Source of the DNA: a bacterium
GTDB taxonomy: Bacteria > Patescibacteriota > Patescibacteriia > UBA10025
NCBI GenBank assembly: GCA_021815445.1
Contig: JAKAGM010000002.1
Coordinates: 95,511-159,510, forward strand
Length of the DNA stretch: 64,000 nucleotides
Direction: 5' to 3'
Position 1 is the stretch's first letter. Every line of letters begins with the position of its first letter. The notes beneath the pieces were generated by a model. It saw only the letters and a list, made by a program, of their open reading frames with translations, did no database searches and was not told the DNA's origin. This document shows positions 19,688 through 28,573 of the stretch, piece by piece. The translations under genes and the position numbers were made by a program.

Positions 19688-20416
19688 TCATTGTTGACAC
19701 TGCTCCGTTTTTAACAATTCGGCCATTCTTTCAACATCTTCCGGCTTGCCAAAATCCATCCAACTGTCTTTGATGTGTTCAACGCGCACCTTGCCCCGCT
19801 GAGCGAGCGCGGAAAGCGCGTCGGTAATCTCATATTCGCCGCGCGGGGACAATCCGACGTTATGGATTGCCGTGAAAATGTCCGGTGTAAATTTATACAA
19901 GCTTGAGTTGATTACGTTGCCGACATGCTCCTGCGATTTCTCCGCTATCCGTTCCAAAATATTCTCTTTATTCACAACGAGAACGCCGTGCTGTTCGGGA
20001 TGGTCGTGGCGCAAACCCCCGACGTAGCAGAGCTCGTCGTTATGAGCCATCATTACCCGCAGATCGCTTTGCGCATAGTAATTATCTCCCGCAATGGAGA
20101 TAAACTGTTTGTCCGAGAGATACTCTTCGGCGCATATCAAGGGGCATGCAGTTCCGTATTTATCAGGTAAAGCGCCGAATTGGTCGATAAGGGTGATAGG
20201 GTATTCCGGGTGCTGGGCGGCAAACCGCTCTATGTTCTCCTTCTTATACCCGACGACCAAGTAGATTTTTTTAAAACCGGCTTTCATTACATTATCAAGC
20301 AGGTAATGCAAAAAAGGCCTGCCCTGCACGTCAATCATGTGCTTGGGCATATTCTGGCTGAGATGCTTCATCCGCGTGCCTTTGCCGCCTGCGGAAATAA
20401 GAATGTCAGTAATCAT
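19688..20416 (-). CDS. sugar-phosphate nucleotidyltransferase (NTP-sugar pyrophosphorylase family)
   Basis: N-terminal ISAGGKGTRM (GGxGTR nucleotide-binding motif). Confidence 0.75.
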   Translation of the reverse strand: MITDILISAGGKGTRMKHLSQNMPKHMIDVQGRPFLHYLLDNVMKAGFKKIYLVVGYKKENIERFAAQHPEYPITLIDQFGALPDKYGTACPLICAEEYLSDKQFISIAGDNYYAQSDLRVMMAHNDELCYVGGLRHDHPEQHGVLVVNKENILERIAEKSQEHVGNVINSSLYKFTPDIFTAIHNVGLSPRGEYEITDALSALAQRGKVRVEHIKDSWMDFGKPEDVERMAELLKTEQCQQ

Positions 20417-20454
20417 GAACGTAGTGTAATGAAAAACAGCTTTTTGGTAAAATG

Positions 20455-21456
20455 CTATGTCAGTTTGCGGATAAACGTATATGCGCCGTACATTGCGGAC
20501 TTTAGCGGATAGTCATAGGTGCCGGCATAATGAACCTGCGTACCGCCGAAACCTTTTTTGAATCTTGTAATTCCAGCCCAGGAGTGGGTTTCAGCGCTCG
20601 ACTCGGGCGCTATGCCCCAAAAGTCATACCACCGGAACCCGGCTTTTTTCGCGTCGAGAATCTGCTGCCACTGAAGTAGATGTGGCGCCATGACGTTGCG
20701 CGAAACATTCGATGACGCACCGTGGACATACGTTGCCGTGTCTCCGTAATGCATAACGATGTTTGCCGCTATCACCTGTCCTTCGTATTCAGCGCAGTAG
20801 AGATATGCCATATCCCGTGGAAGTGTGCCCAACATCTTTTCATAATACGAGAGACCATGGGACTGGAATTTGTCGCGCGTTACTGTCTCCATGTTTATTC
20901 TCCAGAAGTGCCTGAGGTCGTCAGACGTTCCGCGTCTTACCGTCACTCCTTTTTTCTGAGCGAGACGGATATTATACCTAGTTTTTTCATGCATGCTGCT
21001 AAGCAGATTCGCTTCATCGAGGGAAAGATCGAGGTGCAATGTGTCAGCGGGTTGCTGCGGTTTAGTTTGTTTGAAGCCGTGGAGACTTTCTCCCATATCC
21101 GCAAATGTAAATGGCGGCTCAACTCTGACAAACAACGCTTCCGCTTCCCGCGCCCTTTCCACGATTTTGGCTAGGGCTTCACTTAACATCTTTATTTTTT
21201 CATTCTTATCCTTTATCTCATCAACCACCGGTCCTCTTGGTACGTACCAGTATGACTGTCCGAGGGGCATGCGGTGGATGAAAACCGTTGCCAAACCAGC
21301 CATCCGTCCGCCAATGAAAAAACCAAGCCGTAGTACGGAACGACCTGCGGCTTTTTGGAATTCTCCCCACGCCCATGATTGTAAAAACTGGCTTCGCAGC
21401 TGCGAGCTGACAAGCTTATCAATTTCACCCTCCTCTTTAAGCAGCTGTACGTCCAT
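20455..21456 (-). CDS. FemAB-family aminoacyl-tRNA-dependent peptidoglycan peptidyltransferase
   Basis: Acyltransferase of about 330 aa with FLQSWAWGEFQ-type N-terminal region characteristic of the Fem/MurM family; start set at MDVQLL. Confidence 0.65.
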   Translation of the reverse strand: MDVQLLKEEGEIDKLVSSQLRSQFLQSWAWGEFQKAAGRSVLRLGFFIGGRMAGLATVFIHRMPLGQSYWYVPRGPVVDEIKDKNEKIKMLSEALAKIVERAREAEALFVRVEPPFTFADMGESLHGFKQTKPQQPADTLHLDLSLDEANLLSSMHEKTRYNIRLAQKKGVTVRRGTSDDLRHFWRINMETVTRDKFQSHGLSYYEKMLGTLPRDMAYLYCAEYEGQVIAANIVMHYGDTATYVHGASSNVSRNVMAPHLLQWQQILDAKKAGFRWYDFWGIAPESSAETHSWAGITRFKKGFGGTQVHYAGTYDYPLKSAMYGAYTFIRKLT

Positions 21457-21472
21457 ATTGCAAACTGTGCGG

Positions 21473-22030
21473 TTAGCTCCCGAGAACTTTGAGAGCGGCG
21501 CGGACGCGTTCCTCTGCATTTTTCAATTTCTTCGGCACCTGTTCAAGGGCATTCCTGGCTTCGCCAGATGAATATCCGAGATTTACCAGCGTCTCAAGCT
21601 CGTCGGCGCCGGCAGATCCGCTTTTTTTCGCATTTGGAAATGTATGCTTGAGTTCAAGCACAAGGCGTTCCGCAGTTTTTTTCCCGATGCCTGGGTATTG
21701 CTCGAATGCCTTAGGGTCTCCGCGGGAAATTTTCGCTTGCAATTCTGTAATTGGCGCGATCGCCATAATCCCGAGAGCGGTTTTGGGTCCGATACTTTTT
21801 ACCTTCAGCAACGTTTTAAAGAAATTCAGCTCGTCAGTTGTTCTAAAACCGTAGAGTTCCATGAGGTTCTCGCGGACAACAAGATGGGTAAAGAGTTCAA
21901 TTGTCTCGCCGACTGCCGTAAGCTCAGCAAGCGGTTTCGCCACCCCGACAGCATACCCGACGCCGTGAGTTTCGACGATGAGATGCTTGTCACTTTTATA
22001 TCGGATTGTTCCTGAAAGATATGCAATCAT
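21473..22030 (-). CDS. ruvA: Holliday junction branch-migration protein RuvA
   Basis: MIAYLSGTI... OB domain, two HhH motifs (SIGPKTALGIM, YPGIGKKTAERLVLEL), C-terminal domain III. Confidence 0.85.
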   Translation of the reverse strand: MIAYLSGTIRYKSDKHLIVETHGVGYAVGVAKPLAELTAVGETIELFTHLVVRENLMELYGFRTTDELNFFKTLLKVKSIGPKTALGIMAIAPITELQAKISRGDPKAFEQYPGIGKKTAERLVLELKHTFPNAKKSGSAGADELETLVNLGYSSGEARNALEQVPKKLKNAEERVRAALKVLGS

Positions 22031-22097
22031 ATATGCCAGTATAGCAGATAATCGTCTTCCTCAGGAGCCGAAAAAAGAAAATGCCGCGTTACATATT

Positions 22098-22334
22098 TTA
22101 TTGCGTACGCGGCACCGCTATTCTCCGTTTTTTCCATGAACCCAGCGACTCGAGTGAAACAAATTGCTCTTCAGGTGCGTCAGGTTGCAGCGCGTGGTTA
22201 TGTTCGTAAACCTTTAGACGCATTCTTTCTAAGGCTTCGCGGGCGCCTGACCCTGTCACAATTCGGTCAAATGGGTTAATGAGTGCGCGAGTCTTGGGAT
22301 CACGATGATATATTCTGGCGACGAATTTCGCCAT
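22098..22334 (-). CDS. hypothetical small protein (78 aa)
   Basis: GGGAGG RBS 5 nt upstream of ATG. Confidence 0.4.
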   Translation of the reverse strand: MAKFVARIYHRDPKTRALINPFDRIVTGSGAREALERMRLKVYEHNHALQPDAPEEQFVSLESLGSWKKRRIAVPRTQ

Positions 22335-22455
22335 GATACCTCCCTAGTCAAAAGGGCAAAAGAGATATTTGACCTTATCAAGAGATGCGGCGTTCGTCAA
22401 GTTATCAATAATTGAATGGCTCAGTGGTTCAGCACAAAATTATATCGAAACCGTG

Positions 22456-22589
22456 CCCTCCGGGCGGGCTCCACTTTTCTTTGCTCGTCCAAAGAAAAGT
22501 GGAGAGAAAAGAAAAGACGTCGCAGCGCAAACTCACCCTGCACCATCAGATGGTGCAGGGCTCAAACATGCGCAGCGCGAGGGGGAATT
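22456..22589 (+). repeat. Structured intergenic repeat family, copy B
   Basis: First about 80 nt identical to copy A; middle hairpin replaced by ccctgcacca-tcaga-tggtgcaggg; 3' conserved block gcgcagcgcgagggg. Confidence 0.6.
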
Positions 22590-22673
22590 CTAGAAATTTA
22601 CAAGCTTGCCGCTTAAGAAATGCCAAACGACTGCCGGGAAGATACAGAGCGGTGGGCCGTTGAAATTTTTCAA

Positions 22674-23057
22674 TTACATAAAACGCCTCTGGGATATTTC
22701 GCCGAGTTCCAATTTTACGGCTTGACGGTAGAAGTACACATAGAGAGCGAGTACCACCACGCTGACGCCAAAGGTGAATAAGCTCGTGAGGAACGCAAGA
22801 ATAGTGTAGACCCCGAGGTACCATTGTGCCCATGAACGGACTCGAAACACGCCGATGCAGTTAACGAGGCCGATGACGATCTGGAGGCCGAGAGAAACAA
22901 CATAAACGACGGTTGAGAAGGTGCTTTTGCCAAAATCACTCACTACCTGCATGAAGTTTAGTACTCCAAAAACGACGCTCAGGATCACCCAGAGCAATAA
23001 GACAAACCAAATCAAGAGGAGGACGGGTTGCTGTTTGAGGGTGGAAAAAGTATCCAT
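22674..23057 (-). CDS. hypothetical integral membrane protein
   Basis: Three to four predicted TM helices; start chosen at MDTFST downstream of the candidate promoter. Confidence 0.45.
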   Translation of the reverse strand: MDTFSTLKQQPVLLLIWFVLLLWVILSVVFGVLNFMQVVSDFGKSTFSTVVYVVSLGLQIVIGLVNCIGVFRVRSWAQWYLGVYTILAFLTSLFTFGVSVVVLALYVYFYRQAVKLELGEISQRRFM

Positions 23058-23087
23058 CTTGATTTCTGGAAGTAAGTGCATGCATTA

Positions 23088-23116
23088 TAGCATTTTTTTC
23101 AGGAAAAAGCAACATA
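23088..23116 (-). promoter_or_regulatory. candidate sigma-70 promoter (TTGCTT-17-TATAAT)
   Basis: Minus strand: ttgctt tttcctgaaaaaaatgc tataat about 25 nt upstream of ATG. Confidence 0.4.
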
Positions 23117-23152
23117 TATAGTAATAACTGCAACTCCTTCAAGTATTATTAT

Positions 23153-23258
23153 CTCCCCAAGTCGGGCTAAAGGAGAGAGTCATCGGGTAATATCGCAAAA
23201 GCGAAACTGCCTGATGTATTTAGCCCGGCTTGTGGAGACAAATCCCTTTTTCACATCA
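23153..23258 (-). repeat. Structured about 105-nt element, copy 1 (paralog of 26430-26537)
   Basis: Minus strand: GAAAAAGGGATTTGTCTCC...CCGACTTGGGGAG with closing helix TCTCC/GGAGA, CAAG/CTTG and inner stem GCCGGGCTA/TAGCCCG. Copy 2 has the inner stem replaced by GCCGGACCAG/CTGGTCCG (covariation). Confidence 0.55.
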
Positions 23259-23272
23259 TCAAATAGTTCGAT

Positions 23273-23316
23273 GGGGTGGAAAAGAGAGAGGAGGCCTTGG
23301 TTGTGCGAACCAAGGC
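23273..23316 (-). terminator. Terminator-like hairpin with conserved loop GTTCGCACAA followed by CCTCTCTCTTTTCC (family member i)
   Basis: Minus strand ccttgg-ttcgcacaa-ccaagg then pyrimidine/T tract; immediately 3' of the radical-SAM gene. Confidence 0.5.
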
Positions 23317-23373
23317 TTTTTATCCGGCATGCGCCAGATAATGGGCCCTCCTCTGATTGACCTGGAAAAAGAA

Positions 23374-24615
23374 CTACTCAATCACCCTTTCCCAACCGTC
23401 CGGAAGAGAAAGCAGGTGATTCGTTGCATAGAATCGTAGGTCGCCCAAGGTCGGAGCAAGGCGATGGTTATTGAACAGTACAGAAGTTTGAAACTCCGTA
23501 CCCACCGTCATGGCCACATCCTCCGTGGCCACCTCCTCTGCCGGGAGCTGGACGAAATATCCATCCGCAGTCTCCCGGACACCGAGGGGATGAAAGCCCA
23601 GCCAGCGAAGATATTTGCCGATTTTTTCAGGATCGGCTTTCCCCCACTGGCCGAGCTCGTCTGTGCGCGGTCGGTTGTTCCGGTTGTACGGGACGGGCAT
23701 ACCAAATTCGTCTCGATACAAAGTGCCAGTGTGGCGATGCACACGGACACCACATTCCGCCGCGGTGGCCAGAATTGCCCTCTCAACCTCGGGAGCGAGC
23801 CAGTTTTTCATCCGGTAGTACGAATGCCCTGCCGGGTGTGCTTTCTCGTCTTGGCCGCCGTCGAGAAAACCTAACCTGCGAAGCTGGTCGTCTTCGGGCG
23901 CCACGCCGAAGTTTCCAACCGAACAGCCCCGATAGGTCAAGAACTGAATCCCGAGCTCGGCGAGCTCACGGATCAGCCGAACCCCCGCTTCGATGTTATT
24001 CGAGTTGAGAGGACCAAGCATCACCGAGATCCGACCGGCGGGGATACCAGCAGAGAACACCCGTTTTAGGCCAGCCATTTGCGCGGGCGGCTTAACGGGA
24101 CTCCCTTCGAACTCGGGGCAGGAGGGGGTAATCGTCGTGCAGAAAATCGCGCGGCGATCCGGCCCCCACTCCTTTATTTGGCGCCAGCCGAACGGCGCCC
24201 GGTGCAGGATAAACACTGGATTTCCATGCGGAAAAATCCGCAGGAACTCGGTGATCTCCGGCACCTGCATGGAGCCGTCGCTCCGGGCGCAGAGCATGAC
24301 GATGTCACGCTCCGGCTTGAACAGGCGACTCTGGTCCAGCCATTGGATCATCTCCTCCGGGGTGCAAATCCGGCGCAAGCCCTTCTGCCCTGTGCCGATG
24401 GTATCAACAGAATTGTTGATCCACCGGTAGTAGCAGAAGGAGCACCCGATCGTGCATCCCATAACGAGATCACCGTCCCAGGTGTAACGCCGCTTGTAAA
24501 ACGGTGCCGGGGCTACCGGGACGCTCTTCCAGCCGGGCGGCGTGCCACCAAGCAGAAGGTGTTCTCCATTAACAATTGCCGCATCTCGGGCGGCGGAAAG
24601 TTCATCAAAACCCAT
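23374..24615 (-). CDS. radical SAM enzyme (CxxxCxFC cluster motif; SplB/COG1533-like or ThiH/MqnC-like)
   Basis: GCTIGCSFCYY = C-x3-C-x2-C with aromatic residues, about 60 aa from N-terminus; 413 aa; high-GC codon usage. Confidence 0.65.
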   Translation of the reverse strand: MGFDELSAARDAAIVNGEHLLLGGTPPGWKSVPVAPAPFYKRRYTWDGDLVMGCTIGCSFCYYRWINNSVDTIGTGQKGLRRICTPEEMIQWLDQSRLFKPERDIVMLCARSDGSMQVPEITEFLRIFPHGNPVFILHRAPFGWRQIKEWGPDRRAIFCTTITPSCPEFEGSPVKPPAQMAGLKRVFSAGIPAGRISVMLGPLNSNNIEAGVRLIRELAELGIQFLTYRGCSVGNFGVAPEDDQLRRLGFLDGGQDEKAHPAGHSYYRMKNWLAPEVERAILATAAECGVRVHRHTGTLYRDEFGMPVPYNRNNRPRTDELGQWGKADPEKIGKYLRWLGFHPLGVRETADGYFVQLPAEEVATEDVAMTVGTEFQTSVLFNNHRLAPTLGDLRFYATNHLLSLPDGWERVIE

Positions 24616-25346
24616 TATACCTCCTTCCGCCCTAAAATGGGGGCGATTTTGGTCTTAAGTTCACGGCCTCGGCGAATTGCCTCTTCAGCGGATACGCCAT
24701 ACGCTCGCATGTAAGTCAGCCGGTCGAGTTTCTCGTCAGAGTTCTCGACACGGCCATCCTTGCCATGCAGAGCAGAAAGGCCGTCATCCAACATCTGGGC
24801 GGCTATGCCGTCCAGCCGTGCCGCCTCGCAAACTTGAGGCGGACAGCCAAGTGCCGCGGCAATAAACAGCCGAAAGGCGCTTTCTTTTTGCACTACACGC
24901 CACCAAGTTATTGTCGGCTCGAGTAGCGCATAGCCGGGATTTTCCAGCTCAACCTCCAAACGCGCGCCCTCAATTACCTCACGCAAGCGCTGTTCAAAGA
25001 GGAGTAGGATTTCCAACCGTGCGGCGATCTGGCGGGCTTGGGCAATATCCCATGCCGCCTGCTCAATCGCCGCCGCTCCGCTCCGAGTGAACCAGAAAGC
25101 CGGTGATCCGTCACGGACGGTATCCTCGTCAATGAGGTCGTCCATGACTTTAAACGCCCGGCGCAGGTGCTCCACCTGGCTGCACAAGAGGTCAACCTCT
25201 GTGGCAGTACGCGTGCCAAGCCGAGCCAAAGCCCGAACTTTTTTCGCATAACTGCCGGAGGTGACAACTTTTTCTATAAATCGCGGCGTCTGGAAACTAC
25301 GCTGATAAAACTGTTCCAGTGCCGCGAGTTTTTCACGCCAGTTCAT
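24615..25346 (-). CDS. isoprenyl diphosphate synthase-like protein (class I terpenoid synthase fold; short, divergent second Asp motif)
   Basis: VMDDLIDEDTVRDGSPA matches first aspartate-rich motif DDxxD-x4-RRG-xP of trans-prenyltransferases; stop overlaps start of radical-SAM gene. Confidence 0.5.
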   Translation of the reverse strand: MNWREKLAALEQFYQRSFQTPRFIEKVVTSGSYAKKVRALARLGTRTATEVDLLCSQVEHLRRAFKVMDDLIDEDTVRDGSPAFWFTRSGAAAIEQAAWDIAQARQIAARLEILLLFEQRLREVIEGARLEVELENPGYALLEPTITWWRVVQKESAFRLFIAAALGCPPQVCEAARLDGIAAQMLDDGLSALHGKDGRVENSDEKLDRLTYMRAYGVSAEEAIRRGRELKTKIAPILGRKEV

Positions 25347-26394
25347 CGAGCACCTCCGTTTGGAAGCCTATCGATTCACTGATGTACCGACACTGCCCAC
25401 TAACCATCTCCCGCGTCTGCTCCAGCGAACTGGAAACAAACAGCCAGGAGAAAAGCTCGTGAATGCCGGCGATGAAGTCCATACCGAAGTTAACTCGGCA
25501 TGTATGAGCCAGTCCGTCATAAACAACGCTGTTACCCGTGGTTTTCACCACAAAGTCAGCGAAGTCCATGACATCTAGGGCGCCCATGTCGCGCAGCAGC
25601 TCCTGTCGCCTGGCATCTTGCCAGTCATCAAAGTCGCCGCGCTTAAGACATTCCGCCTGTCGTTCGGTTTCATCCCTCTCCACCCGAACGACAATCGCGG
25701 GTCGGCGAGTGGCGTAGGAAGCATAAATGATTTGCTCCCGCCGCTTGATCCCGTCAACCACAGCAAATGTGGCCGGGTCCTGGCGGATTCCTGATTGCTC
25801 AAGAAACCGCCGTGCCACCGCTATCCGGTCCCTCGACTCCACCTCATTGGTGAATCGCTGAACCAGACTCCAGCTGTTTTCCGAAGTCATCGAGCCAAAA
25901 TTCGACTCGATTATCCCCTGGGCATACTCTCCCCACTTATAGCAAGAGAAATACGGAAGACTAGAAAATATCTTCCGCAACATCGTCTTGCCGCTGGCAG
26001 GGAGCCCCACCAGGCACACCATATACTTATTCAAAGTATATGGCTCACTGGGGAGATCGGGACGAGTTTTTGTAAACAACCCCTCCCTTCCCAGTAAATA
26101 GTGCTGGTGAAGATACGCCAATCGTGTCATGGTATTTCCGGCGTAATGAACCGGCCCCTCGACCCCCATGCCCTGCAACGCCAGCTCAACTTTGCGTTGA
26201 GTGAGCGCCGTGGTGACATTTTGGTCAAGGATCACAATCTCGTCGTACCGACGCCGGTGCGGGAGATTCCAAAACTCCACTCCGCGCTGGTCCAACCGCG
26301 AATGGTCGCTGATGACCACCTCCCACTCGCGTGGAAGAAGGTCAAGCAGTGCCACTCCTGATTTGGCTATAAGAATAGCCAAAATATTTTTCAC
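25333..26394 (-). CDS. two-domain P-loop kinase (N-terminal unknown domain plus polynucleotide-kinase/AAA_33-like kinase domain)
   Basis: Walker A CLVGLPASGKT; probable GTG start (VKNILAIL) 6 nt after AAAGGAGG; overlaps next gene by 14 nt. Confidence 0.55.
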   Translation of the reverse strand: MKNILAILIAKSGVALLDLLPREWEVVISDHSRLDQRGVEFWNLPHRRRYDEIVILDQNVTTALTQRKVELALQGMGVEGPVHYAGNTMTRLAYLHQHYLLGREGLFTKTRPDLPSEPYTLNKYMVCLVGLPASGKTMLRKIFSSLPYFSCYKWGEYAQGIIESNFGSMTSENSWSLVQRFTNEVESRDRIAVARRFLEQSGIRQDPATFAVVDGIKRREQIIYASYATRRPAIVVRVERDETERQAECLKRGDFDDWQDARRQELLRDMGALDVMDFADFVVKTTGNSVVYDGLAHTCRVNFGMDFIAGIHELFSWLFVSSSLEQTREMVSGQCRYISESIGFQTEVLDELA

Positions 26395-26429
26395 GCATTC
26401 CTCCTTTTTGCTTTTTGTCTTTGTCTTTT

Positions 26430-26537
26430 CTCTCCCCAAGTCGGACCAGTGGAGAGAGTGCTTCGTCTGACATTTAGTAATATCAGAAGAAGCGTCTGGT
26501 CCGGCTTTGGAAGACAAATCCCTTTTTCAACAATAAA
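26430..26537 (-). repeat. Structured about 105-nt element, copy 2 (immediately upstream of kinase gene RBS)
   Basis: See 23153-23258. Confidence 0.55.
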
Positions 26538-26587
26538 TAAACATGTGGGTAGTCGAGGCTTTTATGCCTTGGCAGTTATTTAATGTT

Positions 26588-26636
26588 AGAAAAGAGAGGG
26601 AAGCCGCCGCGATTGTGCGAACCACAGCGGCTTCCC
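26588..26636 (-). terminator. Hairpin family member ii (loop GTTCGCACAA, tail CCTCTCTTTTCT)
   Basis: Minus strand ggaagccgctgtg-gttcgcacaa-tcgcggcggcttcc. Confidence 0.5.
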
Positions 26637-26657
26637 GGAAAGTGCAGTCAAGTAGAC

Positions 26658-27002
26658 TTACGCCTCCTTGACCTCCGCGGCGGAGATCACATCTCCGACC
26701 GCGTAGTCACCACCGTGCGAGGAGGCGACGATGTAGGCCACCATCTTCGGATCGAAGACGGCGACCATTCCGAACCGGTGGACCAAGTGATGCGTCAGCA
26801 CCGCAACCACCGGCAGGGTGGCGGGCCCGTTGACCAGCGCCAGCTGGCCACCGAGCTCGCCCGCTTCGAGCTCGACCATCCGGGACTCCGCGTCCTGGAC
26901 GATCGCATTGTTCTTGGCCGGGTCGCCAAACCCGACCGTGAACAATGTAACAGGTTTCCCTGCGACGGAAACCTGTGATGTTTCAATCTTGTAAGTCGCC
27001 AT
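26658..27002 (-). CDS. hypothetical protein (114 aa)
   Basis: Start MATYKIETSQ after GAAGGGAGGG RBS; no motif assigned. Confidence 0.45.
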   Translation of the reverse strand: MATYKIETSQVSVAGKPVTLFTVGFGDPAKNNAIVQDAESRMVELEAGELGGQLALVNGPATLPVVAVLTHHLVHRFGMVAVFDPKMVAYIVASSHGGDYAVGDVISAAEVKEA

Positions 27003-27138
27003 TTTCCCTCCCTTCGAGAGGTAGCCCTTCTCACCAGCCAAAGCATGGCTACTTTAGCAAGGGCGGCCTTATTTTTCAGGCCTGGTTTGAATTTGAACCA
27101 ACCGCACCGGTGAGGCACGCGGTCAGTATGTTATTTAT

Positions 27139-27726
27139 TTACTTTTTTTCCTCGAGAGCAACTTGTTCCACGAGGAATTGGGCGAGTGCGGCCACGCATG
27201 GCCGCTGAGAAACATCCTCACCTCTTTCGAGGTAGTGAACGCTCCCCTTAAAGACTCCATCCTCGCCTACGCCTTGGACGGAGTCCTCCTGACCGTGGTA
27301 GTCCGAGAAAATCTCGGCTACCACTTTTATCCCAAGCTCTGTGCAAAACGCGCGCCACTCGGAAACCCGGCTCAAGTCGCCCGCCAGAATGACGGCGTGA
27401 GTCGCGGCGGCGCAAATCTTTTTATTCTCTGCACTGGGAATACCGCCAATATCCACCAGCGTCATGGGGAGTGTGCAGCTGGCGACCGAGTCGGCCACCC
27501 TCTCCACAAACAGTGGCGTGAACTTGGTCTTATAGGCCGCCTTGCACGCCGCCGCCAAGGCAGGATCTGCCTCAACGGTCTCCTGGAACCATGCGCCCTC
27601 CCCATCCGGACACGCGGTGATCACATATGGATACGGCGATCCAGGAATGCGCCGCACCGCCCGCTTGAGTCCTTCCCTCAAACAGGATTTGCCGGACCGT
27701 GGTGGTCCGCAGAGCACGATTTTCAT
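27139..27726 (-). CDS. small P-loop NTPase (195 aa; CobU/MobB-like architecture)
   Basis: Walker A LCGPPRSGKS at residues 6-15; Walker B-like hhhD (TLVDIGG). Confidence 0.5.
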   Translation of the reverse strand: MKIVLCGPPRSGKSCLREGLKRAVRRIPGSPYPYVITACPDGEGAWFQETVEADPALAAACKAAYKTKFTPLFVERVADSVASCTLPMTLVDIGGIPSAENKKICAAATHAVILAGDLSRVSEWRAFCTELGIKVVAEIFSDYHGQEDSVQGVGEDGVFKGSVHYLERGEDVSQRPCVAALAQFLVEQVALEEKK

Positions 27727-27799
27727 CGCCACTCCTTTCCTGCTTGGGAACGCCCAAGCTTGTTTTCTCCGCATCCAACTCACAAACCATTTGCGAGCT

Positions 27800-27848
27800 G
27801 GAAAAGAGAGGGAAGGTTCATAAGTTGTGCAAACTTATCATCCTTCCC
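27800..27848 (-). terminator. Hairpin family member iii (loop GTTTGCACAA, tail CCTCTCTTTTCC)
   Basis: Minus strand ggaaggatgataag-tttgcacaa-cttatgaaccttcc. Confidence 0.5.
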
Positions 27849-27995
27849 TTAAGTGCAAGCATTATGGGCTCAGACCACCCTTATAAGATGCCGGCCATCC
27901 GGACATCCACTTAAGGTAGCTTTCCCATTCAGGCATCTGCCAATGCCGCCCGATATTTCCCTCGATGCCAGGTTTTAGGGGAGAAGTCAGCAGTC

Positions 27996-28421
27996 CTAGG
28001 ACTGCTGAAAAATCTTGATCTCCACCCGCATGTATGTGACATACACGCGAAACTGACGAAATTTTTCCGCCAGTTTGGAGGCAAGATCTTCCACCATCAG
28101 CTTCCACTCCTCGTCGGATTCGCCCGAATACAATGGGCTTTTGTCCGCGAAGAGGGTCAGCGACGGCTCATCCTCGGCGTGCACGCCACCTTTACTCGGG
28201 TAAGCGTACACCAGCACCGTCTCCTGAATCCCGACCGGAATGTAATTCCGTCCGGCTTTAAGAGCGGCCCGGTATTCCTCCTTAAGAAAAGCGACTACCG
28301 CCGCCTTCTCTTGGAGAAATCCTTCGTAGCCCTGCTTCAGGCCAAGATTGATCTCGGCCCGCAGGGTGGAGGATGCCTCTCCTTTACGATCGCCCTCTTG
28401 GGCAATCGCATACTTTGCCAT
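27996..28421 (-). CDS. hypothetical protein (141 aa)
   Basis: GGAAGGAGG RBS; no motif assigned. Confidence 0.45.
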   Translation of the reverse strand: MAKYAIAQEGDRKGEASSTLRAEINLGLKQGYEGFLQEKAAVVAFLKEEYRAALKAGRNYIPVGIQETVLVYAYPSKGGVHAEDEPSLTLFADKSPLYSGESDEEWKLMVEDLASKLAEKFRQFRVYVTYMRVEIKIFQQS

Positions 28422-28527
28422 AATTTCACCTCCTTCCGGCTGGTTTATGGCTCGACCGTCGCACCGCGTCGTCCGGTTTGTGGGTATTTTCCACTTTCAG
28501 CTAGCAAATTATTTCTACGGGCTGAAA

Positions 28528-28566
28528 AAAACTAGGAACCGACGAAAAGCAAAACTGCCGGTTCCC
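28528..28566 (-). terminator. intrinsic terminator after exonuclease gene
   Basis: Minus strand ggaaccg-gcagttttgcttttcgt-cggttcc followed by tagttttttt. Confidence 0.5.
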
Positions 28567-28573
28567 AAAAAAG

